Origin: Intoshia linei
Lineage: Eukaryota; Animalia; Orthonectida
Reading direction: 5' to 3'
NCBI GenBank assembly: GCA_001642005.1
Contig: LWCA01000115.1
Location: 1-52,577 of the forward strand
Length of the DNA: 52,577 bases
In this document: positions 1-11,700 of the stretch, in pieces
Layout of the letters: the number at the start of each line of letters is the position of its first letter
How positions within the stretch are numbered: the stretch's first letter is position 1
Made by a program: the position numbers and the translations under genes
The notes under the pieces: generated by a model
Told to the model about the DNA's origin: nothing
What the model saw: the letters and a program-made list of their open reading frames with translations, nothing else
The model's database searches: none

Positions 1-199
1 ATTCCTGATTCCACCTCATCAATTATTTTGATTTTATCAAACAAATTTATAGACCTCTTAATTTTCATTATCGTTATTTTTCAAATGTGACGCCAAATTA
101 CCTTTATTTATTAGTTGTAATTTAAATTTTTCTTAGTTATAACAAAAATAGCACAAAATTATTGTGCAGTTTGCTGTATGTATAATCGAGATTCCACTG
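1..199 (-). mobile_element. pogo/Tigger-like DNA transposon, 5' end with start of transposase (truncated by window edge)
   Basis: The minus strand reads TA|CAGTGGAATCTCGATTAT (TA at 200-201), a Tigger-type terminus. An ATG at 68 gives MKIKRSINLFDKIKIIDEVESG, which resembles the CENP-B/psq N-terminal HTH of pogo transposases. Confidence 0.6.
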
Positions 200-452
200 T
201 ATTATGGAAATTGTCATTTTAATATCGATATGGACAATTATTTTAATTTTTTTTCTGTACTTTAAACATTACTGAATACTTGTATGTACTTGTAGTTTAC
301 TTTCATTATTTGTTAAAAAAAACAAATTTATATAATCTTTGTAGGCTTAATCAAAAATTTGAAGTCTACAAATTTTTTTAGCATTTTTAAATCAAGTCTA
401 CATGATTCTCTTTTTGCGATACATACATTGATGTATCACAAATGTTATTAGA

Positions 453-724
453 TCAGAGTTTCTTAACCGGGTCTAGAAAATTATTTATATTTTTTACTGT
501 ATCGATTAAGTAATTGGATTATAACCCTTGAAATTTTAATTTTATCAAATACAACTTCTATGTGTAATGGATATGTTTATCATTAATATGGTTGTTTTTA
601 AAAATTTCAACAAAATATGATTGTTACGTTAAATGTTATGCTACATTTTGTATTGTGTATGTGGTGCTTGAAATAATTGATCTAGTTAACGGGGTGCTAT
701 ATTTAAAAAAGGTTAAGAAATCCT
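453..724. mobile_element. hAT/Charlie-like MITE
   Basis: Imperfect terminal inverted repeats cagagtttcttaacc ... ggttaagaaatcct. Confidence 0.45.
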
Positions 725-1117
725 ATGTTAGAAGATCAGAGGGAATATATAAGTATAAAGTTAATTAAGTGAAGTGTAACTGAAATGATACATTGCTATA
801 TGGTTAAAATAAAATAACCCAAAATTGTGATTTAGTGTTTAAAATTTGTTAAAAATAATATCCATTAACCCTTTCACTGTTTGTGTATTGTATACTATAC
901 ACAGCATAATTTTGAAAAAATAAATTTAAAATAAAAATTTTTATCAAATAGACAACTTTTTATATATTGTATGGTGGATCTTTAGAAAAATCATTTCAAT
1001 TATTATTAAAACTAATTTTATCAAATTGAATTGCTGGCTATACGCCCTGGTCTTCATTTATATTTTATATAAAATTTTTCAAATACCTCGATTTTTAGTA
1101 TAACCCTTGGTTAAAAA

Positions 1118-1321
1118 TGACTATTACTCAATAAGTCTTTTTTTATATCTATCTACTTGTGAGGTTACAGCACACCAACTTTTATTATAAACCTTCGTTA
1201 AGGATGATTATTACTCAATAAGTCTTTCTCATATCTATCTCCTTGTGAGGTTACCGCACACCAGCTTTTAGAATGATTATTACTATAAAAGTCTTTTTTT
1301 ATATCTCTCTCCTTGTGAGGT
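1118..1321 (+). repeat. Three imperfect tandem copies of a ~70-85 bp unit
   Basis: The unit atga(c/t)tattactcaataagtcttt...atatctatct(a/c)cttgtgaggtta(c)agcacacca begins at ~1118, ~1204 and ~1273 (third copy truncated). Confidence 0.8.
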
Positions 1322-3700
1322 AATTGAGATCCCTTGAGACTAGCCATTTTGGCTGACATTTTTTTAATTAATTAGACACATATTGAATTCAAATGTACCC
1401 ATTGCTGAACAGTGACACCAGTGCCGTGGAGAGCCAGCAATAGGTCAGGTCAGATGGGAAATGGTATCTCAATACATTGCTTAATCCAGTGGTGGGAAGA
1501 CTTATTGATATGCGGGCCGCATATGATCACGTATCATTATGTCGCGGCCGCACAAATATCGTGAATACACATGAAACAATTTAAATTAATGAAATTCTAT
1601 TTTGGCTTGTAAATTTGATTGCTTTTTTTAAATATTAAAGTGTCAAAATTCCATTTAAATAATTAACAATTATTATTTTTGGAGTGATCTAATTAAAAAT
1701 ATACAATTATTTTATCTAATACGCAAAAATAGACGGTTAATAATCTACATGGAATGTGACATGTAAAATTTACAATGTAAATAATCAATTTCAAAATTTG
1801 AATGTAAACATAAGTATGAAGCACGATTTCGCGAGTCGTAGTTTGCTCACCACTGGAATAAGGATATATGCATTTGGTAGCATATGTAACGAATAGCCAC
1901 AATAAGGTTATAAACAGGTTAAGTATGAGATTGTAATTTTTCAATTTACATTTGATTTTATTTGAAAAAAACGCTCAACATTATAAAAATAGTATAAATT
2001 CCTCTTGATAAATTTACATTATTGTTAATAGATTTATGATGTAATTACTATGTATGTTTAATTTATTGAACTATTTAGATATTAATATTGTGGATTATCG
2101 TGGGTTTAAAAGGATCGATATGGAAGAAATTTCAAGAGGAAAAAAGGATGGTAAATGCAGAACAAAATTACTTAGTAGGCATCAAATGCTACATTACGCT
2201 AACCTTGTTACATAAAAAATGTAAATAAAATATTGTACATATAAAATGTTGTTTTTACAATGTAATGCATTTATGGCTTTTTAATTGCAATTGAAAAATG
2301 TATAGAGTAGTAATCTAAATTTGGTTTGTCCAACCTTTTTAAAACTTTTCCAATGTTTTTTATACATACAAATAATGTAACATTTAATGAAATGAAAAAA
2401 AATGTGTGCAATACATCAATAATAACTAATATACTTTAATTAAATAGATTAATTTCGATAAAATTTGCTGTGAGCTCAAATTTCATTTTTTCTAAAAATC
2501 TCCTTGGTTACATTGTTACTCCCATTTTTTCAGCATTACCCGGCAAAGTATAAAGATTTTTCTCAGCATACGATAAACTTTTCTAATAAAATTTAAAATA
2601 GGTTTTGTAATGATCGGCTCAGTCATATGGCTCTAACCTCTCTTAACGGCACTGTGTTTATCTTTACCATTTGAGTAGTAGTATTGCATTTCAGTAATAT
2701 TCATACAGTGCAATGCACATGGAAATGAATAATAGAGGTCATGTAGTAGCCTTCTGCCTCACAGTCCAAAGTTTTTTCTAAATTAACTTCTGAACTGAAA
2801 TGGTGTTTATATTAAATTATATAAATCAAAAAAATTTGAAATAAAATGCAGTGTATTGTAAACGTATTTCGAAAAAATCCAATTTTAGTAAAATTACAAT
2901 TTACTTGTTTGTATCTTAGTAAAATGGAATATTTTTACAATAATGATTATAATTACATCAACTTTTAGTTGAAAGAACAGATTAATCAAGACCGATTTAT
3001 TAACAAAATTAATGAAAATTATATTTTTTGGCATGCTTAATTTACACTTTGTTATTAGAATCTAAAAAATATTTATTATTGCCACAAGACTAAAAAAATT
3101 TATCAATTACAATAATCACTACAATGATGTGAATTTATCGTTGTAATATGAAAATAAATAAATTAAAAGGTCCCCCTTGTAAAAGTAAATCATTTAAACT
3201 AAAAAATGTAATCCTTGTAATCCATATAAATTTGTTTTCGTTACCAAGAAAAGATTCATGTCAGGGATGTATTATAATTAGAATCAAGTAGCGCGTGACG
3301 ATATTAAAAATTATATTAATATAAATTAGCATTGTTGTGAAATAAGAATATCAACTCACAAGATATTTAACGTATAATGAATTTATCCAAGTGACCAAGT
3401 GAATCGCACGAAAAATGAGTAAAGCTCGCTCGTTATAGTGTCGGCTTACATATTTACACTGTAAACATTTTAAACTCATTCTTACTTATGGGCCATATAT
3501 AAACTGACCATTGTTATTTTATGTAGAATAAATTTTAATATACACTATATTGTAGTGTTCACTTGCTGATAAATTCATAATTTGACATAAATAATTTTAA
3601 ACTAGAATGCAAACATGTCCAATAGTTTACCTTTTAAAAATTATTTACATTGTAAAATTTTAAATAAATATCATAAACTACCAAAGTAATATAAATTTAT

Positions 3701-6700
3701 ATGAAAAATCTCAAAGTTTTCATTTTATTTTGTGTTATAACCTTGACTTTTTGTTCAAAGGTCGATAGGGTATATTTGATTTAAAATATTATTTTAATAT
3801 ATTGATAGGGTCATGAAGACAGGGGTCACGATGATCATGAACATCAAGAGGAACACGAAGAGCACGCGCATGAACATGGGGATCATGACCATCATGACCA
3901 CGTAGATCACGATCATAATCACAGTGAAAGTTCACACGGTAAGGATACACATTGTCAGGGTAAGAATGGAAAATACGGAAAACTGTCTATTGGAAAAGGT
4001 ATACATTCTTCAACTTTAACGTTTAGTTAATATTAATTAATTTGAGTGTGAAATTATGTAACTGAAATATGAAATTTCCTTTTAGGATAAATTTGGTTAT
4101 TAAATCAACCCGATTTATCTTTTTTAAATTAAGTTTATTGAATCGTCTAAATATATCAATATTGAAGATTCATAAATGTCAAAATATTCGTTTTAACCGA
4201 TTCACATTTAATGCGTTTTAGGTCCTTATAAAGCGTTATAACTATTGAAAAATTTTTATATACTGTGTTTACTCAAAATTTTTATAATTATAAGATTTGT
4301 TTACAAGATTTTCGTGCTTATTCACATTATCAGTAAACGCTGATCGTTCTTACATTTTGGTATCGTAATTTTTGAATAACTATGATTTATCTAAAAATTA
4401 TAATACCCTAAAATGTTAAAAGCATATTGTAGATAACAATTTGTTATATTAATGAAATTTGGATATTGCAGTAAATTATACAAGTGCACTTTAGTTTCAT
4501 TAGTATACAATTTTAATAGCAATTAACTGCATGTGACTAGTTCATGTGTCTGAAATGAATGTTTCTCAGGCAGGGCATCTGCAGGGGTAAATTCCTCCCT
4601 GGGTAGGAATTTTACAATTTTAAAGGATGATTAGTAATCAATTCGTGCGACGAGAAGTACGAGTTTTTAGATAAAGTACGACTTTTGACACTGTATTGTA
4701 AATTATGTTATATTAAAAATATTAAGTTGGATTTGAGGTAAAAACTAATGATGAATTGACTATAAACTTTATAATAAAGTGAAAAAATATTTTGTAATTT
4801 GGGCCTTGTTAAGTTTAGCCTCGCACTATTTTTCAAAATGATATTATTAACAGTTCGCGACACCTTATGTAAATTGAGAAATCCATATGAAAACGATAAA
4901 AGTTTTAGAAAATTAGTAATTTGACCCTTTTCGATTTTGACGATATATACATTAAAAAAATCAGAAAATTGAATAGTTTAAGAATCACCCTAAAAACCTT
5001 ACACTTTAATGGTTTTGTAAGCATGACGACCACATTTATATATTACTAGGTTGAATTTTATGTACTACGTACAAATAACACCTAGCTCTGTCCAGGGGCG
5101 GATCCAAGAGGCTAGTTAATGGGGTGCAATTTCAATATCAAGAAAAATTTTTTAGGGTGTCTCTTTTAATATCAAGATTTCTAGTTTGATTTTAAAGCGT
5201 CTCTTTTAATTTCATTTAAAGGTTGTTATACAATAGTTTCCAAATTTGTATTTTTTCGCAAAAATAAAAAAAATGAACAGCACAAAATGTAATTAATAAT
5301 TTTGTTCATTAAATAATCCTAAATCAATTAGGTCCAGTATTCTGGGATGAAGTATTGCAAATTCATTAACCAAAGTTTCAATATAAAAATTATAGTCATA
5401 GTGGCAATTTATGAGGGCCAGTCCACATAGACGATTACCAGTCATTGTGGATCTTAAAAAGGTTTTCAATCTACTCAAAATGCTAATGGAGCGTTCACGT
5501 TCACATGTGGTGATTGGCAATGTAGTTAAACTAATTTCGCAGTTTTCGATTAATTGTATGATAGTGGTCTTTGAATCAAGTTCTTTTTTTTTTATCTAGT
5601 ATATTCTGCTTTGAGATCTTCATTTAATGATATGCATGGTAAAAATAATTCACATTTTACTGCGAATTCTTTCTAATCTTTTGCAAAAAATATTTTTGGC
5701 TTAAAATTGTTTCTAAATAAATCTAAGTAAAATTCTAAGTAATCGAATGTGACTAAATCGAGATATTACTATATAAAATTATTAATTATAGATGTGCATG
5801 TAACAAAAGGCCTCAAGTCAAATGATCAATTGTTCATGTAATGACATGTAATTTTATGCGCCATCTTATTGTTTTAATAAATTAAAAACTTTTTCAGTTA
5901 TTTTACAAAACATTAATTAAATTTTTTTTTTAAATTTAAAAGGTGCAACTGCACATTCTGCATCCCTGGAATCCGCCACTGCTGCCGATGGCACATTTTT
6001 ATTCTACCAAAAAAATAAATTCATATTGAAAATTTAACTTAAAAATCCTATTATTTACTATTATCAATCCTTTAAAAGAGTGGTTCCCAAACTTGTTTCA
6101 GGTGGAACTGACATATCACAATACTTTTTACTTTCCATTCGTCCATCCAGTAAATATTCCGTCGTAATTATTTTGTAACATTTGCGTAAAGAATTTTTAA
6201 AACAAGTGGTATCCCATTTTTTTAATTTATTAGACAGAATGTGTGTATATTATACATATATAGTATAATATTAAAAATAAAGTAAAAACCGTCCAATCCT
6301 AAAAATTGTCATAAATAGCATAAATTCCAAAATAAATAAAATTATAAAAAAAGAAAAAATCGAAAATAGCAAAAAAATTACAAACTATTTTCCAATGCAT
6401 AAATATTTATATATTTGTGCTAATATTCGCTTCATTCTTAATTCATGTTGTACAACCAACTCTATTATGAATATTCTAAATAACCGGTCCCTTGACATTC
6501 ATATTGTACAGAAACCACTGTATATTAAAAATTATTTTCACTGGAAATGCGTAGATTTCTAGATTTTAAATTTTGTATTTATTTTGTATATCAACTGGAA
6601 TAAGCTTTATCAGAATAATATTGTTTTTTTTAATTTTCATACATTAATTATTTCACATTTTTTTTAAGTGCTCATTTTGTAAAGATGATCCCACCACTTT

Positions 6701-8211
6701 ACAAAAATTTTGCTAAAACCCTACCATCTCCTGAAGGGTCTCTGTGCAGTAGGTTCGGCACTGTATATAATGATAAAATTAAATATTAAATATTTTTAGT
6801 ATATTTGTACAGCACAATATCTATTACAATAATAAGTTTGCTCTCTCTTTGTGGTGTTTTCCTCATTTTTTTCCGTCGAACTGAATTTTACAATAAAGTA
6901 ATCATATTTATGATAGCTTTAGCTATTGGCACGCTACTATCTGATGCCATATTACATTTGATCCCCGAGGTAAATTTAAAATTGTATACAATAAAATAAA
7001 ACTTAAAATGTAATACAGTCAAAGTGATCGCCTCTAATGGGGAACATTTTTAGTCACATCTACTCAACAGTGATCTATAGAATTTATCATTAATTTACTT
7101 TTCATATTGATTTTTGACTCTCATCATCTCACCTCTTTTGGCCAAACTATTCTAATTTAACATCTTCATAATACAATGCAATGTAAAATTATTTCAACAA
7201 TTAATTTAACCGTTGGGTTCCACATAATTACTCACCGAATACAATTACACTTGTAGTCACTTTTTCAGTGAACTGTATAAGATGTATTCATATACAATAT
7301 TATTACATTCATTAAACGAAAATAGGTTTTTGGCGCTCACCATCACGGCCCTGACAATGAAAAATCAACCTTGGCTATTCACATCAAAGGATTGACAATT
7401 TTGTTGGGTTTATTATTTTATTACAGTATAATTTAATATTGTCTATAGGTGTCATATTTTTGTTTCACATTGAATATTTAATCAAGAAAATATTTCAAAT
7501 GACCAAAGAAAAAACCAAAGTAATACCAAAAAATACTGCAATAATATAAATTTAGACTACTGAACAAAAACAATACAGATGGGGTACATTTATAAATGCA
7601 TATATTTTTATAAACATTTTAGGAATAAAACCGTTAGCATTTGTGGTAACATTCGGCGACGCTGTCCACAATTTTGTGGATGGTATGGCTATTGGAGTGG
7701 CATTTAAAAAAAGTGCTTATTACGGGTTAACCGTATCATTGGCTGTTTTTTTTCATGAATTACCACATGAATTGGGTTTGTTAGTGTCATTTTAATGTAA
7801 AATGTTTGATAGGAGACTTTGCAATTTTGCTTGAAAATATAAAAAGGAAACGAAATTGGTTGTGGGCCATGATTTTTAATCTAATTTCATCTCTTTCTGC
7901 TTTTCTTGGGATGATTGTCAGTATTTCTATATCCAATTCTCCTGATGCTAAGGATATCATTTTGTCATTTACGGCTGGATTATTTTTGTATCTTTCATTG
8001 ACAGATTTAGTAATTTCTTTTTTAAAAGTTGTCATGTTTTATTTATGTTGTTAATTAGATGAACGAAATTGCTGAACAAAGAAAAAAACATAGATCCACG
8101 ATTATACTTGTTATTCAAGATGCTGGATTTTCAATAGGAGTTTTACTCATGTATCTTTTATCTTATTATGAACACGACATTCTTCACATGTTTTCAACAC
8201 GTTGTGATTAG
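3701..8211 (+). CDS. ZIP/SLC39 zinc transporter, LIV-1 subfamily (9 predicted exons)
   Basis: Exon 1 (3701-3769) is a signal peptide, [19 protein letters not shown]. Exon 2 (3809-3998) is His/Asp/Glu-rich. Exon 3 (6800-6969) carries [17 protein letters not shown]. Later exons give [10 protein letters not shown] and the LIV-1 motif [10 protein letters not shown], then [14 protein letters not shown]. Stop TAG at 8209-8211. All joins are in-frame GT-AG. Confidence 0.93.
5046..6665 (-). mobile_element. Non-autonomous Helitron copy, interrupted by a hAT insertion
   Basis: 3' end with hairpin and CTAG|T at 5046-5090 on the minus strand. 5982-6310 and 6580-6665 match the family copies at 37107-38297 and 32662-33346. 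Confidence 0.7.
5093..5981 (-). mobile_element. Internally deleted hAT transposon with transposase C-terminal (hATC dimerisation) remnant
   Basis: TIRs CAGGGGCGGATCC ... GGAATCCGCCACTG. ORF 5293-5520 ([36 protein letters not shown]) is a typical hAT dimerisation domain. Flanks are ctgtc and ctgcc. Confidence 0.88.
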
Positions 8212-8702
8212 TTTTAATTGTTTTTAAATTAAATTTTATTATTAAAACTCCTACCAAAATTTCTTTAAATTTTTAAGAATTAGACGAAAAAAGATTCCCT
8301 TAAACAAACCAACAAAAATGTGGTCCAAAAATTAACGATTAATTAGTAAAACCAAGTATTAAGTAGCTCTAACAATACATCGCTCTGAACTTTAGAGAAT
8401 TGACGTCATTATTTTGAATATTTCCTAAAATTAACAAGAGGAGAATGTGGAACCGAAACATCTTTGTTTCATTCAAAATAGAATTTTCAAACATAATTGT
8501 ACTAGTTTTTCAAAGTAGTAAAACGTTTTCAGCGTCACCTGCAATAGTAAAAACCTGCACCATCACTCATTATGAAGAGATAACCATAAAACAACAACGC
8601 CTAAAAAAGTAATATCCAAAATCAAAACAATCAGAAATTTTTTGGATATAACAAACGCGGACAATATAGATATATTTAATAAATAAATGTACAACTTGTA
8701 AT

Positions 8703-11700
8703 TTACACATTCTCTAATTCCTCTTTTATAGCGTTAAAACTTTTTATTCCAAATTTATTTATGTGGTTAAGTAAATTGATTAAATCTTGATTATTCAAAC
8801 ATACTGCCTTCACATAATCAAATCTAAATTATAATAAAAATATAAACTCAAATATTGAACCTGTAAATGCTGATGAGTTTAGACAAAACTTTTTTTATTA
8901 ACGGTCTAGTTATCTTTTTAATTTCCGTACCAGTTATAAGATTAATCTAAATAAATCATTAGATTTTGAAGGGTTTAAAACTACTAAATCTTGGAGCTTA
9001 TAACTGTTCACTTCGTGAAATTTCAACAGATCCAATAGACAAATCAAAACAATGTCATTTTTTATATTGCGTACTTTAATATTTTTTAAAACATTTAAAA
9101 TGTAAATAAAATCTGTTACAGTGGCGCAGTCTAAAATTGTATTAAATTTTAATTTATTCAAACCAAAAACCTTTGTATATGGATAGATATTCAATAAAAC
9201 AAATCAATCCAGAACAAAAATTATTATAATCATTTATATCTGATTTTGACTGCATAGTATCCAAAAATAGTTTAAATGCATTGAAAACCCGTTTGATACA
9301 ATCTAAACAAAAGTATTAAAATAACAAAATATATTTGCCCTTTTGGTTAAAATAAATCGTTCAGTTAGGGTCGTGTTAATCAACTGGAAACTAATTACTA
9401 GATTTAATTTTTTCAATGCGAAATAACACACTGAATGTATTTCAAATCAATCCAACAAATAATACCCGATTTGTCCAAATCAACGGATACGTAATCTGTC
9501 AATTCCTTCAAAACCTCAATAGAAGACATCTTTACTTTATTTTTCGTGTCGTAAAAGTTTAAAATTAACTGAAAACAGATTATAAAAAAATTAAACAAAA
9601 AACCTCTGGAAAAATTAAATTGAAAAAATCGTTAGATGGCATCCATTTCCTTTTTATAATTTGGATAAAAATGTCATTTCGGTACTAAATATATTAATTA
9701 TAACTAGCCGGTAGATATTATATTGAACATTTGAGGAAATTTATTAATAAATAAAAACAATAAAAAATTATAAAATGCAACCTTCCTGTGTTGGTCCAAT
9801 ATGAGCAAATTTTCGTCGAACAATACATTTTTTAAATAGACATTTTTAAATATAACTGAAATATTCTTATCATCAAAATCTGATGCCATTAAATGATATA
9901 AAAGCCTATAACCAGATTTTTTGCATTTATATTCATTCTAAAAATAAAAAGTTGATATAAATTTACAAATTTACTCCTCCGCTAAAAACGGAAAACTAAA
10001 ACAACACCTTTTCTTGGATAATACAAACAGCAACATGTAAAATTCTCGTTAATTGCACACCCTCACATTTTTGAACCATTAGTGGTAAAACATCAACCAA
10101 GTAAATACTAATCAAACATTAAAATAACATTATAAACATGTATACTTGTATTCTTGGTCAGATTTTTCAATAACTTGTAAAATAATGTCCACAACTTGTC
10201 CCAGGTTCTAAAAATAATCAATGTAAAAATTAAAAAAATTACCTTTTTACTGCAAATACTTGTATAATTATTCAATAACAACAATAATTTTGATTTGTAA
10301 ATGCTGATGCAAATGCTGTCACCATCTTTAATGATATCAATAATTTTTTTAACAACCAAAACTGCATTATCAGATTCAAAATGATCTACATTGTAAAATT
10401 TAAATTAAAGTCATATTTTGTACCGATGTTTTTAAGAAAACTAGATAAATTCAGTAATCCATCAATAACTTGGGGAAATATACTCTCGTCTTTATTTAAT
10501 AATGGAGAAAGTTTCTTCAAATACTCTATTAAAATCTAAAAATTGATAAAAACGTAATATTAAATTTTTCTAAACCATGACATCATCTTTGGGTTTTTTG
10601 CAAAATAAGGGAAATAGTGTCCAAATTTGTTTGAATAATATTTTGTACATGGCTGATAATTTTGAATCACTTTTTAAATATTCGTTGGCTTTATTTACAA
10701 GATGGTGGGAAATTGGTATAAATGAGTCGACAAAATAAGATAAATTTTCAGAATAAGTGTGAGAATTGAAAATGGGTATTACCCAACTTCTTTCGAATGG
10801 ATTGTTACTAAATATACAAAACGATTATATATGCCAGTTTTTCTTAAACTGGGATCCACGAAACGTGGGTATTTACAATTTTTTTGGGGTCTGCGAAATA
10901 TTTTAAACTAATTATGTACAAATCATCTATAGATAAAAAATTAATGTTTGTTTATTCCCATTAATTCAAAAACCAAAAATCGTACAATTTTTAAAAAACA
11001 AATTCTAATACACGTTTTCCAGTGAGTTTCATAATTTAGCATCTTCATGATCAAAAATTAAAATTAACATTTTGCAAATGGCCGTGTATTTAAATCCAAC
11101 CATTTTTACAGAATTGCAGAGTAGCCCATAAAAACTCAATATAACAAACAAAACAAAGTGAAGTTCTTAAATGGAAGGATCATCTATAAACAGATGTTAT
11201 AACCGCCTGAATACTTACTATAATTGATGATGAAACAAATAAAACCTTTCAAAATAAAAGTAAAAAAATTTTATTCACTATGGACTTTTTTGTTCTTGAA
11301 ATATTTTATTTAGATGTTTTTAGTGGTCTTCTTCGCTTTCTAAGTATTTTTATTAGGGTTAATAAAGGGGGAATTTTCCATTAAGGGTTGGTAAATTTTG
11401 ATTTTTAGTAAAAACAGATCTATCGGTTTATATGGCATACGTATTGTTTACCATATTGTTTAGACCTATTTTTAATTTTAGGTGGCCCGACAACATGCTA
11501 GTTTGGGCTCTGATAGTTGGTAAACTTTTTTACTGCGAATTATAAAATTTGTATCAGTTTTAAACTTAACCTCTTCCCCTTTACCATTATCCAATTTTTT
11601 AGTCAATAGATTTATAAATAGTTTAAGGTGATAGAAAAATTTTTGTTGAAAGGGAAGTTGGCTCAATTTTCAAATTTGAACGTTAGAAAATAAACACTAA

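Noticed and set aside
1118-1321. Repeat-spacer appearance suggestive of a CRISPR array
   Set aside because: The units are long and degenerate with no unique equal-length spacers, the context is eukaryotic, and no cas genes are present.
2100-2800. Coding-like, slightly GC-richer patches
   Set aside because: All frames are interrupted and no motif is recognised, so no call can be supported.
5411-5599. 62-aa plus-strand ORF
   Set aside because: Antisense shadow of the hAT transposase remnant.
7787-8035. 82-aa minus-strand ORF
   Set aside because: Antisense to a ZIP transporter exon.
8528-8572. SECIS or C/D snoRNA-like ATGA...CTGA segment on the minus strand
   Set aside because: No apical AA motif, no canonical RUGAUGA box, and no selenoprotein context.
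8380-8660. Alternative genetic code (TAA/TAG read-through) in a plus-strand frame
   Set aside because: Neighbouring genes use TAA, TAG and TGA as ordinary stops, so decay explains the in-frame stops better.
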